A DNA stretch of 59,256 nt, the filler included. It is 4 parts of 4 records of this genome, joined end to end, with 100 filler letters (N's around TTAATTAATTAA, not from the genome) between each part and the next. Parts side by side here need not be neighbours in the genome. Positions count along the whole stretch, not along the records: positions 1 to 23,322 come from SRR20825019_367; 3 more parts are not named here. One strand, given 5' to 3'. The notes beneath the pieces are model-generated. The model was not told the origin of the DNA. It saw only the letters and a list, made by a program, of their open reading frames with translations, and did not search any database. Positions 1 through 10,596 of the stretch are shown here, in pieces. Within the stretch, counting starts at the first letter, position 1. Every line of letters begins with the position of its first letter. The position numbers were made by a program, and so were the translations under genes.

Positions 1-478
1 TGCCGCCGGAGAACTGGTGCGGATAGCTCTCCATGCGCTCGGCCGCCTTGGGAATGCCGGCCTCGGTCAGCAGATCGATGGCCTTCTGGCGCGCTTCGGC
101 CTCATTGAGCGGCAGATGCGTGCGGATGGTTTCGATCAGTTGCTCGCCGATGGTATAGAGCGGGTTGAGGCTGGTGAGCGGGTCCTGGAAGACCATGCCG
201 ATGCGCCTGCCGCGCAGTTTGGCCTTGGCCTCTTCGGGCAGATTGTCGATGCGCTCGCCCTTGAGGCGGATTTCGCCGGACGCGATATGGCCTGGCGGCT
301 CGATCAGGCCAATGACGGCCGAGCCGGTCATGGATTTGCCGGCCCCCGATTCACCCACCACGCCGACCACTTCGCCGGGCATGATGTCGAAGCTGACCCC
401 ATTGACGGCGCGGAAGACGTCGTTGCGGAAGGGGAATTCGACCACAAGGTTCTTGATGGAGAGTACGGGCTCGGTCAT
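1..478 (-). CDS. dppD: Peptide ABC transporter ATP-binding subunit (DppD/OppD), 3'-truncated by window edge
   Basis: Manual translation MTEPVLSIKNLVVEFPF...GESGAGKS (Walker A)...MVFQDPLTSLNP...YPHQFSGG; ATG overlaps the dppC stop (TGATG); absent from the ORF track because it runs off the edge. Confidence 0.93.
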   Translation of the reverse strand, partial: MTEPVLSIKNLVVEFPFRNDVFRAVNGVSFDIMPGEVVGVVGESGAGKSMTGSAVIGLIEPPGHIASGEIRLKGERIDNLPEEAKAKLRGRRIGMVFQDPLTSLNPLYTIGEQLIETIRTHLPLNEAEARQKAIDLLTEAGIPKAAERMESYPHQFSGG

Positions 479-1437
479 CAGCGCAACTTCGGGTTGAGGG
501 CGTCACGCAGCCAGTCACCCAACAGGTTGACCGACAGGGCGAGCAGAACAAGGGTGACCGCGGGGAACAACAGGATCCACCATTCACCGGAGAACAGGAA
601 TTGCTGACCGATGCGGATCAGCGTGCCGAGCGAGGGCTGGGTGGGCGGCACGCCGACACCAAGATAGGAGAGCGTGGCTTCCTCGATAATGGCCAGCGCC
701 AGCCCGATGGTGCCAATGACCAGCACCGGGCCCATCACATTGGGCAGCACATGCCGGAGAAGGATGATGAAGGGATTGACGCCCAGGATGCGGGCTGCCG
801 AGACGTAGTCCTTCTGCCGCTCGACCATGGTGGCGCCGCGCACGGTGCGGGCGAACTGGGCCCAGTTGGCCAGGCCAATGGCCAGGATCAGCACCCAGAT
901 GGCCGCGCCCTCCTGCTGGTTGGGCGGAATGAGACCACGGGCCACGCCGAAGATCAGCAGGGCGATCAGGATGGCCGGAAAGCTCAGCTGTACGTCGGCG
1001 ACGCGCATGATGATGGCATCCCAGATGCCGCCCAGATAGCCGGCGACCAGGCCCAGCCCGACCCCCATGACCATGGCGAACAGGGTGGCCGAGAACCCGA
1101 CAAACAGCGAAACGCGCGACCCATACATGATGGTCGAGAGCACATCGCGGCCCTGATTATCGGTTCCGAGAGTGAAATAGCTCCCGGCAAAGGAGCTGGA
1201 GTTGGGCGGCGTGAAGCCGTCCATCAAATTCAATGTGGCCGGATTGAACGGGTTATAGGGCGCAATCCATGGGGCGAGCACGGCCATCAGGATCAGCACC
1301 AGCGCGACAATCGAGGCAACGATGGTGACCGGCGAATGCCGGTAGGACCAGACGATGTCGGATCTGAGAAAGGTCCGCCAGCGCGAGGTCTTGGCGGCCA
1401 CAACGGGCTGCTCGGGGGAATGGGGCAGATCGGTCAT
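478..1437 (-). CDS. dppC: Peptide ABC transporter permease (DppC/OppC)
   Basis: LGTDNQGRDVLSTIMYGSRVSL and EAA-like loop YVSAARILG; multiple TM segments. Confidence 0.95.
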   Translation of the reverse strand: MTDLPHSPEQPVVAAKTSRWRTFLRSDIVWSYRHSPVTIVASIVALVLILMAVLAPWIAPYNPFNPATLNLMDGFTPPNSSSFAGSYFTLGTDNQGRDVLSTIMYGSRVSLFVGFSATLFAMVMGVGLGLVAGYLGGIWDAIIMRVADVQLSFPAILIALLIFGVARGLIPPNQQEGAAIWVLILAIGLANWAQFARTVRGATMVERQKDYVSAARILGVNPFIILLRHVLPNVMGPVLVIGTIGLALAIIEEATLSYLGVGVPPTQPSLGTLIRIGQQFLFSGEWWILLFPAVTLVLLALSVNLLGDWLRDALNPKLR

Positions 1438-1440
1438 CGA

Positions 1441-2421
1441 TTACCTCCCGGATTTGGCGCCGTCGCGCAGGCGCGGATCGACGATGAAATAGAGAATATC
1501 AACGATGAGGTTGATGACCACGAAAACCAGCGCCACAAAGACCAGATAGGCGGCCATGACCGGCACATCGACGACAGCGACCGAGTTAACGAAGAGCGAG
1601 CCGACGCCAGGCCACTGAAACACGGTTTCGGTGATGATGGCGAAGGCGATGACCGACCCCAGTTGCAGGCCGGTAATGGTGATGACCGGGACCATGGTGT
1701 TCTTGAGCGCATGGCCGAAATTGACCGCACGCTGGCTCAATCCACGGGCCTTGGCGAAGCGAATATAGTCGGTGCGCAGCACTTCGAGCATTTCTGCGCG
1801 CACCAGCCGCATGATCAGCGTCAACTGGAACAGCGAGAGAGTAATTGCCGGCAGGATGATCGAGCGCAGCCCGGATTCAGTGAGAAAGCCAGTGCGCCAC
1901 CAGCCCAGATCGACCACTTCGCCGCGCCCGAAAGAGGGCAGGACCTTGAGTTCGACGGCAAAGATGTAAATCAGGCCGATGCCGATCAGGAATGTGGGCA
2001 GCGAGACCCCGATCAGCGAGGCCGTCATGATGACGCCGGTGGAGAAGGCGCGGGGCCGGAGGGCGGTATAGATACCCAGTACGACGCCGAGCACCAGGGC
2101 GATGGTCGCAGAGGCGAAGGCCAATTCTATAGTGGCCGGCAGACGCTCCATGATGAGCTGGCTCACCGGCTGCTGCAACCGGTAGGAGATGCCGAACTGG
2201 CCCTGCAGGGCATTGCCGACAAAGCTGAAGAACTGGATGTAGAAGGGCTCGTTGAGCCCCAGCCGCTCGCGCAGCGCCGCATGGTCAGCCAGCGTCGAAT
2301 CCTGGCCCAGCATGGAGCTGACCGGATCGCCGACATAACGGAAGACCATGAAGGCGATGAACGCCACCGCAAGCATGACGATAACGGACTGAAACAGCCG
2401 TCGCGCAATGAAGGCCAGCAT
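1441..2421 (-). CDS. dppB: Peptide ABC transporter permease (DppB/OppB)
   Basis: MLAFIARRL start with GGAGGG RBS; DYIRFAKARGL loop; ETVFQWPGVG. Confidence 0.95.
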   Translation of the reverse strand: MLAFIARRLFQSVIVMLAVAFIAFMVFRYVGDPVSSMLGQDSTLADHAALRERLGLNEPFYIQFFSFVGNALQGQFGISYRLQQPVSQLIMERLPATIELAFASATIALVLGVVLGIYTALRPRAFSTGVIMTASLIGVSLPTFLIGIGLIYIFAVELKVLPSFGRGEVVDLGWWRTGFLTESGLRSIILPAITLSLFQLTLIMRLVRAEMLEVLRTDYIRFAKARGLSQRAVNFGHALKNTMVPVITITGLQLGSVIAFAIITETVFQWPGVGSLFVNSVAVVDVPVMAAYLVFVALVFVVINLIVDILYFIVDPRLRDGAKSGR

Positions 2422-2439
2422 GGGGCCCTCCATAACTGA

Positions 2440-2476
2440 GAACCGCCGCGCGGGGGTCGACTCCGCGCGGCGGTTC
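2440..2476 (-). promoter_or_regulatory. Intercistronic stem-loop after the solute-binding protein gene (mRNA stabiliser/attenuator)
   Basis: GAACCGCCGCGCGGGG...CTCCGCGCGGCGGTTC near-perfect 16-bp inverted repeat between dppA and dppB; no U-tract. Confidence 0.7.
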
Positions 2477-2491
2477 AGGATTTCAGGACGC

Positions 2492-4072
2492 TTACTCGGC
2501 GAACACGACGGTGGTCATGTTGGGCTGGTTTTCCGGATGCACCGGCAGCGTGATATCCTCGCGCATGGCATAGGCCAGCGTCTGGTTATGCACCGGCAGC
2601 AGCACGCGGTCGGCCTTCACCACTTCCCAGATTTCCGCAATGGTCGCATCGCGTACCTCGAGGTCGGTTTCGGTCCCGAGCGAGATGATCTTTTCGTCCA
2701 GTTCCGGGTTCGAGTAACCGCCGACGTTATAGGTGCCGTGCGTGTCGTTCTTGGTGTGCACCAGATCGTTGAAGATATAGGCGCTGTCGAAGGTCGGAAC
2801 GCCCCAACCGAGCAGATAGAAGTCCGTTTCATCGCCCAGGATGATCGGGCTGTGCTCGGCAATCGGGCGCGAGGCCAGCGTCACATCGATCCCGATCTGG
2901 CCCAGCATGCCGACATAGGCGGTGGAGATCGCCTCGTCGTTGACATAACGATTGTTCGGCGTGTCCAGGGTCACCGAGAAACCATCGGGATAGCCAGCTT
3001 CGGCAAGCAGTTCCTTGGCGCGTTCCACATCCGGAGCCGGATACTGGTCGAGTTCTTCGGTCCAGCCATTGACGAAGGGCGGGGTTGCCACGCCGGTCGG
3101 GATGGAGTTGCCGCGCATCACCACCTGCTGGATCGCGTCACGGTCAAGCGCCAGTTCCATGGCTTCGCGCACCAGCGGATTGTCGAACGGGTTGCTGTCG
3201 GTGATGTTGGAGGAGCGCAGCGGCTCGTCGCCAAAGCGATAGCCAAAATAGATCACGCGGTTTTCCGGGCCGGTTTCGACCTTGAAGCCGGGCGAACTCT
3301 GCAGACGCTCGATATCCTGAACAGGAACGTCCTGCACGATGTCGACGTCGCCCGAGAGCAGCGCGGCAATGCGAGTAGCATTGTCGGCGATCGGCAGATA
3401 GACGATCTCGGTTACCTCAGGCGCCTCGCCCCACCAGCCGTCGAAGACGGACAGCACGGAGCGCACGTCAACCTCACGCGAGGTCAGCATGTAGGGGCCG
3501 GTGCCATTGGTGTTGAGAACGGCATAGTTGGATTCGCCGGCGGCGAAATCCTGGACTTCCTGGACATTGTTGGTCTCGGACCAGGTCTTGTCCATGATGA
3601 AGGTGTTGGTGACGTTGTTCGGGTAGAGCGGGCTCGGGCCGACCATCTGCACCTCAACGGTGTAGTCGTCCACGGCGCGCACTTCGGCCACTTCGGCATG
3701 AAGCTGCTTGAGGTTGGAGCCTTCCGAGCGGGCGCGGTCGAGCGAGAACACCACGTCCTCGGCAGTGAAGTCGGCACCATCGTGGAACTTGACGCCTTCG
3801 CGCAGCTTGAACACCCAGACAGTCGGATCACCTTCCTTGACATACCATTCGGTGGCCAGGCGCGGGATCAGGGTACCTTCGGTGTCGCGCCACATCAGGG
3901 TTTCATAGATGTGATGGGCAAAAGTGTGCGTAACGCCCTGGTTCTGCGAATGCGGATCCAGTGTCAGCGAATCAGACGAACGCGCCCAGCGGACCGTCTC
4001 GGCCTGGGCAACACCGGCGAGCATCGTCGAGGCGATCAGGACCGCCGCGATGCGGGTCAGTGAAGTGTGCAT
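2492..4072 (-). CDS. dppA: Family 5 solute-binding protein (DppA/OppA-like)
   Basis: Signal peptide MHTSLTRIAAVLIASTMLAGVAQA with GGAGA RBS; FKLREGVKFHDG and GTGPY motifs; start corrected from the ORF-track 4291. Confidence 0.94.
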   Translation of the reverse strand: MHTSLTRIAAVLIASTMLAGVAQAETVRWARSSDSLTLDPHSQNQGVTHTFAHHIYETLMWRDTEGTLIPRLATEWYVKEGDPTVWVFKLREGVKFHDGADFTAEDVVFSLDRARSEGSNLKQLHAEVAEVRAVDDYTVEVQMVGPSPLYPNNVTNTFIMDKTWSETNNVQEVQDFAAGESNYAVLNTNGTGPYMLTSREVDVRSVLSVFDGWWGEAPEVTEIVYLPIADNATRIAALLSGDVDIVQDVPVQDIERLQSSPGFKVETGPENRVIYFGYRFGDEPLRSSNITDSNPFDNPLVREAMELALDRDAIQQVVMRGNSIPTGVATPPFVNGWTEELDQYPAPDVERAKELLAEAGYPDGFSVTLDTPNNRYVNDEAISTAYVGMLGQIGIDVTLASRPIAEHSPIILGDETDFYLLGWGVPTFDSAYIFNDLVHTKNDTHGTYNVGGYSNPELDEKIISLGTETDLEVRDATIAEIWEVVKADRVLLPVHNQTLAYAMREDITLPVHPENQPNMTTVVFAE

Positions 4073-4299
4073 GAATAGTCTCCCGTTCCTTGAAAACGCC
4101 ATCTCAATGGTTGCCCAAAGGTGGCTTGGGCGACACCAAAGCGTAGATTTAACAGGAGCGCAACGGGAATCGTTGACCGTTTGGTCAATGCCATCGCCCT
4201 CAAATTGGCAATCCACAGAAATGGACGGTTCCTTGCCGATCCGTTCGGCTGGTTCAGGAGGCACTTGACCCCGGCCCCGGCGCGATTTCATCTGCGGGC

Positions 4300-4692
4300 A
4301 TGAAACAATCCATCGCCACCATCGCGCTGGTTGTCGCCGACTACGACGCGGCTATTGCATTCTATCGTGACGCAGTCGGTTTCGCTCTGGTCGAGGATAC
4401 ACCGTTACCCCCGGGCAAGCGCTGGGTGGTGCTGGCACCGCCGGGCGGTGACGGTGCGCGCCTGTTGCTGGCAAAAGCCGATGGTCCAGACCAGGAGGCG
4501 GTAATCGGCAAGCAGGCCGGTGGCCGGGTCATGCTGTTTCTGCAAACCGACGATTTTGACCGCGACCACGCCCGCATGCAGGCCAATGGTGTGCGTTTTC
4601 TCGAAGAGCCACGGCGCGAGGCCTATGGCACAGTCGCCGTCTTTGTCGATCTATATGGGAACAAATGGGACCTCATCGAGCCGCAGTCCTGA
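4300..4692 (+). CDS. VOC/glyoxalase family protein
   Basis: IALVVADYDAAIAFY...FVDLYGNKWDLIE paired beta-alpha-beta motifs. Confidence 0.9.
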   Translation: MKQSIATIALVVADYDAAIAFYRDAVGFALVEDTPLPPGKRWVVLAPPGGDGARLLLAKADGPDQEAVIGKQAGGRVMLFLQTDDFDRDHARMQANGVRFLEEPRREAYGTVAVFVDLYGNKWDLIEPQS

Positions 4693-5201
4693 TCGGCCTC
4701 ACCCTGATTTGCGTCGGCCCGGTCGCCGGACAACAGCCCGGCTGGCACTATTCCCCATTGCCCGGAGAGGGGGACCGGGCCAGCATGGGCTGTGCACGCC
4801 AGAGCAACGCCAAGGCTTTCGCATGCCTCGCGGTGCGCTGCGAGGATGATTATTCGAGCGGCGTGCATGTCTATACGAGCCGCCCGGCGGGCGATGCCGG
4901 CACTTGGGAAATGACCCTAGACCGGGAGACAAGGCTGATCGACACCATTGCGGGCACCTCGCCCTATGGCGCACGACTTGATGATCCGGATGGCTGGTTG
5001 TTGGACGGATTGCGTCACGGCACGTTTGTTTATCTGCGCCACAATAACGATATGGATAAGGCGTTCGCCTTTATCGACCTGTCCGGATCCTTTCGTTCCA
5101 TCGCCGAGGCTCTGCATTGGTGTGCGCCACGCGTGCCGCCAGACGAACAAATCGGGTCGCCAGACGTTGGCCCACCAGAAAACAATGGAGAAGCACAATG
5201 A
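4665..5201 (+). CDS. Hypothetical exported protein
   Basis: Hydrophobic N-terminal signal-like segment; stop overlaps next start (ATGA); no family recognised; start uncertain. Confidence 0.65.
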   Translation: MGPHRAAVLIGLTLICVGPVAGQQPGWHYSPLPGEGDRASMGCARQSNAKAFACLAVRCEDDYSSGVHVYTSRPAGDAGTWEMTLDRETRLIDTIAGTSPYGARLDDPDGWLLDGLRHGTFVYLRHNNDMDKAFAFIDLSGSFRSIAEALHWCAPRVPPDEQIGSPDVGPPENNGEAQ

Positions 5202-6136
5202 ACCGTCGCCCCCTTGGCCGCAGCGAACTGGTGATCGAACCCCTGGTACTGGGTGGCAATGTTTTCGGCTGGACGGTCGATGAGGCACGGGGCTTTGACA
5301 TACTCGATGCCTATGTCGGCGCAGGCTTTTCCGCCATCGACACCGCCGAAGGCTATCCCAATTGGGTGCCCGGCAATCCACCGGGCATGAGCGAGACGAT
5401 CATCGGGAAATGGCTCAAGGCGCGGGGCAATCGCGACAGCGTGCACATTTTCACCAAGGTCAATTCCGGCAAAAAGCCGGGCGGGCTGAAACCGGATGCG
5501 ATCAAGGCGGGCATCGAAGCCTCCCTCAAGCGGCTACAGACCGACTATGTCGATCTCTATTTCAGCCACTGGCCGGATGCCGACAGCAGTCATGAGGAAA
5601 CGCTGGAGGCCTATGACACGCTGATCCGGGTGGGCAAGGTGCGGGTCATTGGCGCCTCAAACTATAGCGCAGACATGATGCGCGAGGCGCAGCAGACCGC
5701 TATCGTCAAATCGCTGCAGCGCTACGAAGTGACCCAGCCGCGCTACAACCTCTATGACCGCGCCGAGTTCGACGGGCTCCGCCCCTATCTCACCGAAAAC
5801 GAGGTGGGATCGATCGTCTATTACAGCCTCGCCTCGGGTTTCCTGACAGGAAAGTATCGTAGCCAGGACGATCTGGGACAATCGGCACGTGGCGGCGGGG
5901 CCGGGCAATATCTCAACGCCAAGGGCCTGAGCATTCTGGGCGCGCTCGATCAGGTTGCCGCCGAGCTGGACGCAACGCCTGCCGAGGTGGCCCTTGCCTG
6001 GCTTGTGGCCCAGCCTGGTGTCAGCGCACCGATTGCCTCGGCCACCTCGATCGAACAAGTCGAGAGTTTGGCGCGTGGCGTGCGGCTGAAGCTGAGCGGG
6101 GACGCAGAAAAACTGCTGAGCGACAGCGGGCGGTGA
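5198..6136 (+). CDS. Aldo/keto reductase
   Basis: MNRRPLGRS...LGGNVFG, IDTAEGY, SLKRLQTDYVDLYFSHWPD, IGASN; GGAG RBS. Confidence 0.95.
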   Translation: MNRRPLGRSELVIEPLVLGGNVFGWTVDEARGFDILDAYVGAGFSAIDTAEGYPNWVPGNPPGMSETIIGKWLKARGNRDSVHIFTKVNSGKKPGGLKPDAIKAGIEASLKRLQTDYVDLYFSHWPDADSSHEETLEAYDTLIRVGKVRVIGASNYSADMMREAQQTAIVKSLQRYEVTQPRYNLYDRAEFDGLRPYLTENEVGSIVYYSLASGFLTGKYRSQDDLGQSARGGGAGQYLNAKGLSILGALDQVAAELDATPAEVALAWLVAQPGVSAPIASATSIEQVESLARGVRLKLSGDAEKLLSDSGR

Positions 6137-6359
6137 ACGATGGATGGCCGCGGATGGGCACAAATCGGCGACACCGTGTCGAATTTGGCGCAGAAAAATT
6201 GAACAACGCCTGAGACTTGACGAAGGATTACGATTACTGGCATCTCCAGATCAAGTTATCGCAAAGCTGCGGAGCGATACTCGGCCGGGCCGGATCTGAA
6301 CAAAAATAAGCTATCCATTGGCCGAAGGCTCGTCTTGCCCCGGCAGGAGTCCTGTCAAC

Positions 6360-7547
6360 ATGTCTTCAGATCTGGAGCCAACGCGCGACGTGTTTGTTGC
6401 CGGGCGGCGTGGCGTTCGGCACACGGGCGTGCGGCGCGCCAATGAAAAGACCGTGCTCACGGTCGTCGCCTTCAATTCCGGCGCCTCGAATGCTGAGATT
6501 TCGCGGCTGTCGGGCCTGGCGCCGCAGACAGTTTCCGCCATCCTGATCGATCTCGAGCGAGAGGGGCTGATTGTGCGCGGCCCGGTCCTGCGGGGGCGAC
6601 GCGGTCAGCCCGCAACGCCGATCCTGCTGCATGAGAATGGCGGCTTTGCAATCGGCGTGGAGATCGGCTGGCGGCATCTCGATATCGTGCTGATCAACAT
6701 GCATGTCGATATTCTCCGGCACCACCATGAAGACCATGACTATCCGGACGCCTCTTCGCTGTTTGACCGAATTGGCACCCTGATTGGGGAATTCAGCCAC
6801 GCCTTGCCGCAGGACCACCAGTCGCGCCTGCTTGATATCGGTCTGGCCATGCCCGGCTCGCTGACCACGGATCTGGATCTGTTCAATGCGCCATCCGAGC
6901 AGGTGGCGCGCTGGCGCGAGATCGATCCGATCGCAGAGTTGGGCAAGCGCAGCAGTCTTGAGATTACGCAGATCAATGACGGCAACGCCGGGTGCTGGGC
7001 CGAGCTGATTGCGCTGGCGCCACCAAGACCGGCCAATGTCATCTTCCTCATGGTCTCGCAATTGCTGCTGGCCGGCATGGTCAGCGATGGCGTGTTGTGG
7101 GAAGGCGCAACGGGCCATGCTGCCGATCTGGGCTCTGGCCTGGTGCACGTAAACGGCAGCGCGCCGCAATTGGCGCACCAGGTTGCTTCGCTTTTTGCGC
7201 TGCGCACCCGGCTCGCGGCCGCCGGGTTCACCGAAGCCCAGGCGCCAGTCGCCAACTGGGACCTAGCCGCAATGGCGCCCCATATCGAGGCGTGGATCGG
7301 CGATGCGGCACAGGCCCTCGCGCAGGTCATTCATAATGCCAGCATGATCCTTGAACAGCCCATGGTCGTGCTTGATACCGAGCTTGGCCCCGCGATTGGT
7401 GCCAAATTGGCGGCGCGTCTGCAGGTCGAGATGAGCCGCTTCGCGACGCGCGGCTTCAGGCTGCCGCGCGTGGTCAATGGGCGGCATGGCAGGCTGGCAC
7501 CTGCCGTCGGGGCTGCGGAACTGCCGCTCTACCGGCGCTATTTCTGA
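6360..7547 (+). CDS. ROK family transcriptional regulator (degenerate effector domain)
   Basis: N-terminal HTH (SNAEISRLSGLAPQTVSAIL), GRRGQP linker, NDGNAG, GAAEL C-terminus; AGGAG RBS before ATG 6360. Confidence 0.88.
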   Translation: MSSDLEPTRDVFVAGRRGVRHTGVRRANEKTVLTVVAFNSGASNAEISRLSGLAPQTVSAILIDLEREGLIVRGPVLRGRRGQPATPILLHENGGFAIGVEIGWRHLDIVLINMHVDILRHHHEDHDYPDASSLFDRIGTLIGEFSHALPQDHQSRLLDIGLAMPGSLTTDLDLFNAPSEQVARWREIDPIAELGKRSSLEITQINDGNAGCWAELIALAPPRPANVIFLMVSQLLLAGMVSDGVLWEGATGHAADLGSGLVHVNGSAPQLAHQVASLFALRTRLAAAGFTEAQAPVANWDLAAMAPHIEAWIGDAAQALAQVIHNASMILEQPMVVLDTELGPAIGAKLAARLQVEMSRFATRGFRLPRVVNGRHGRLAPAVGAAELPLYRRYF

Positions 7548-7852
7548 ACTCTGGTTCGGGCAGTAGCTGTTTCCAGTGCGTCGCGCAGCCGGGCGCTGGG
7601 GATCAGAACCACCGTATGATGCGGCTCGATGCGATGTTCCTGGCCCGTGCGCGGATTGCGTCCGACCCGCTCGGCGCGGGAGCGCACATCCAGAGTACCG
7701 AACCCACTCAACTTAACGGACTCGCCACGCTTGAGGGCATCACCGATCAACTCGAACATGCGTTCGCCGATCTGGACGGCATCGTGACGCGACAGACCCG
7801 TCGCGTCGGCGACGCTTTCCCCTAACATGGCTCGGGTGACTGTTTTATCCAC
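7538..7852 (-). CDS. IHF-alpha/HU family DNA-binding protein (divergent paralogue)
   Basis: VKLSGFGTLDVRSRAERVGRNPRTG DNABII signature; GTG start with GGAGG RBS. Confidence 0.88.
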   Translation of the reverse strand: MDKTVTRAMLGESVADATGLSRHDAVQIGERMFELIGDALKRGESVKLSGFGTLDVRSRAERVGRNPRTGQEHRIEPHHTVVLIPSARLRDALETATARTRVQK

Positions 7853-7932
7853 TCCAAACCTCCTCGCCCCCAATTAAATTCATAGGAGGAAGATAAATGA
7901 CTGTCCAGTACCGCACGCGATCACAAAAAACA

Positions 7933-7947
7933 TGATCCTACTCTTCA
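7933..7947. promoter_or_regulatory. IRO box (RirA operator) upstream of rirA
   Basis: TGA-TCCTACTCT-TCA fits the TGA-N9-TCA IRO consensus, just upstream of TTGACA at 7955-7960. Confidence 0.6.
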
Positions 7948-7954
7948 AGATTAA

Positions 7955-7982
7955 TTGACATTTTTTAGAATGGTTATAAGCT
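7955..7982 (+). promoter_or_regulatory. sigma70-type rirA promoter overlapped by an ICE-like (Irr) box
   Basis: -35 TTGACA (7955-7960), 16 nt, -10 TAAGCT (7977-7982); TTTAGAA-TGG-TTATAAG (7964-7980) resembles ICE TTTAGAA-N3-TTCTAAA. Confidence 0.6.
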
Positions 7983-8047
7983 AGCGAGCACGTTATGAGG
8001 GAAAACAACCCCTACAGCGCTCGCGCGACGCAGCAGAAAGGTTTCCT

Positions 8048-8503
8048 GTGAGACTGACCCGCCAATCCAATTATGCCATCCGCACTCTGGTCTATTGCGC
8101 CGTCAATGAACCTGGTTTGAGCCGGGTTGCCGAAGTCGCGCGCGCATATGGCATTTCGGAACTGTTCCTGTTCAAGCTGATCAAGCCGCTGGTGGAAAAC
8201 GGGCTGCTGCAGACGGTGCGCGGCCGGCATGGCGGGATCAAGCTTGGCAAGCCGGCAGCGGATATCACCCTGCTCGAAACGATCCGGCTGACCGAAGAGA
8301 ATTTCGCGCTGGCGGAGTGCTTCGAAGATGGCGCGGACTGCCCCTTGATCGGGGAATGCGATCTCAACGGTGCGCTGCGCGAAGCGCTCGGGGCCTTCTT
8401 CGACGTCTTGAGCCGCCACACCATTGCGGACCTTGCCAGCAAGAAGCGGTCGATCCGCGAGCGGCTCGGGCTCTCGGTGGATGAAGCCGTCAACGCGGCC
8501 TGA
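8048..8503 (+). CDS. rirA: Iron-responsive Rrf2-family regulator RirA
   Basis: MRLTRQSNYA...AYGISELFLFK...TVRGRHGG...AECFEDGADCPLIGEC; three Fe-S Cys ligands and the SELFLFK motif typical of rhizobial RirA. Confidence 0.9.
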   Translation: MRLTRQSNYAIRTLVYCAVNEPGLSRVAEVARAYGISELFLFKLIKPLVENGLLQTVRGRHGGIKLGKPAADITLLETIRLTEENFALAECFEDGADCPLIGECDLNGALREALGAFFDVLSRHTIADLASKKRSIRERLGLSVDEAVNAA

Positions 8504-8510
8504 CCAAATC

Positions 8511-8544
8511 TGACAACAAAACTCAAATATGAGTTTGACAATCA
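8511..8544 (+). promoter_or_regulatory. Two tandem IRO boxes overlapping a TTGACA -35 element
   Basis: TGA-CAACAAAAC-TCA (8511-8525) and TGA-GTTTGACAA-TCA (8530-8544); TTGACA at 8535-8540. Confidence 0.6.
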
Positions 8545-8569
8545 TGTTTGTGCGTGGTTGATTGCGCTC

Positions 8570-8683
8570 ATGGCGCTGCGACCCCCTGGGGCCTGTGGGT
8601 CTGAGCGCCAGAACACGACGGGGCTTGCTGCTACCGTCTCCCCGGGCCGGCCAGGATCCTCAACGTCCTGACCGGCCTTTTTT
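8570..8683 (+). ncRNA. Candidate RirA-regulated small RNA (~115 nt)
   Basis: Own promoter upstream; hairpin TGGCGCT/AGCGCCA (8571-8610); hairpin GACGG/CCGTC (8617-8638); intrinsic terminator at 3' end. Confidence 0.55.
8645..8683 (+). terminator. Rho-independent terminator
   Basis: GGCCGGCCAGGA-loop-TCCTGACCGGCC (one mismatch) followed by T6. Confidence 0.85.
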
Positions 8684-8763
8684 GAATCATGGTTTTGCGC
8701 TGCCTGCCAATTGATCTGGCTCCGACCCTATGATCTATCCGGGGCGAATTTACTGGATATGAC

Positions 8764-10590
<1,827 letters not shown>

Positions 10591-10596
10591 GCCTGA

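Noticed and set aside
601-4063. Long plus-strand ORFs (612 aa, 551 aa) opposite the dpp genes, and similar antisense ORFs at 8728-10143, 19038-20246 and elsewhere
   Set aside because: Shadow frames of high-GC codon usage; the opposite strand encodes clearly recognisable proteins.
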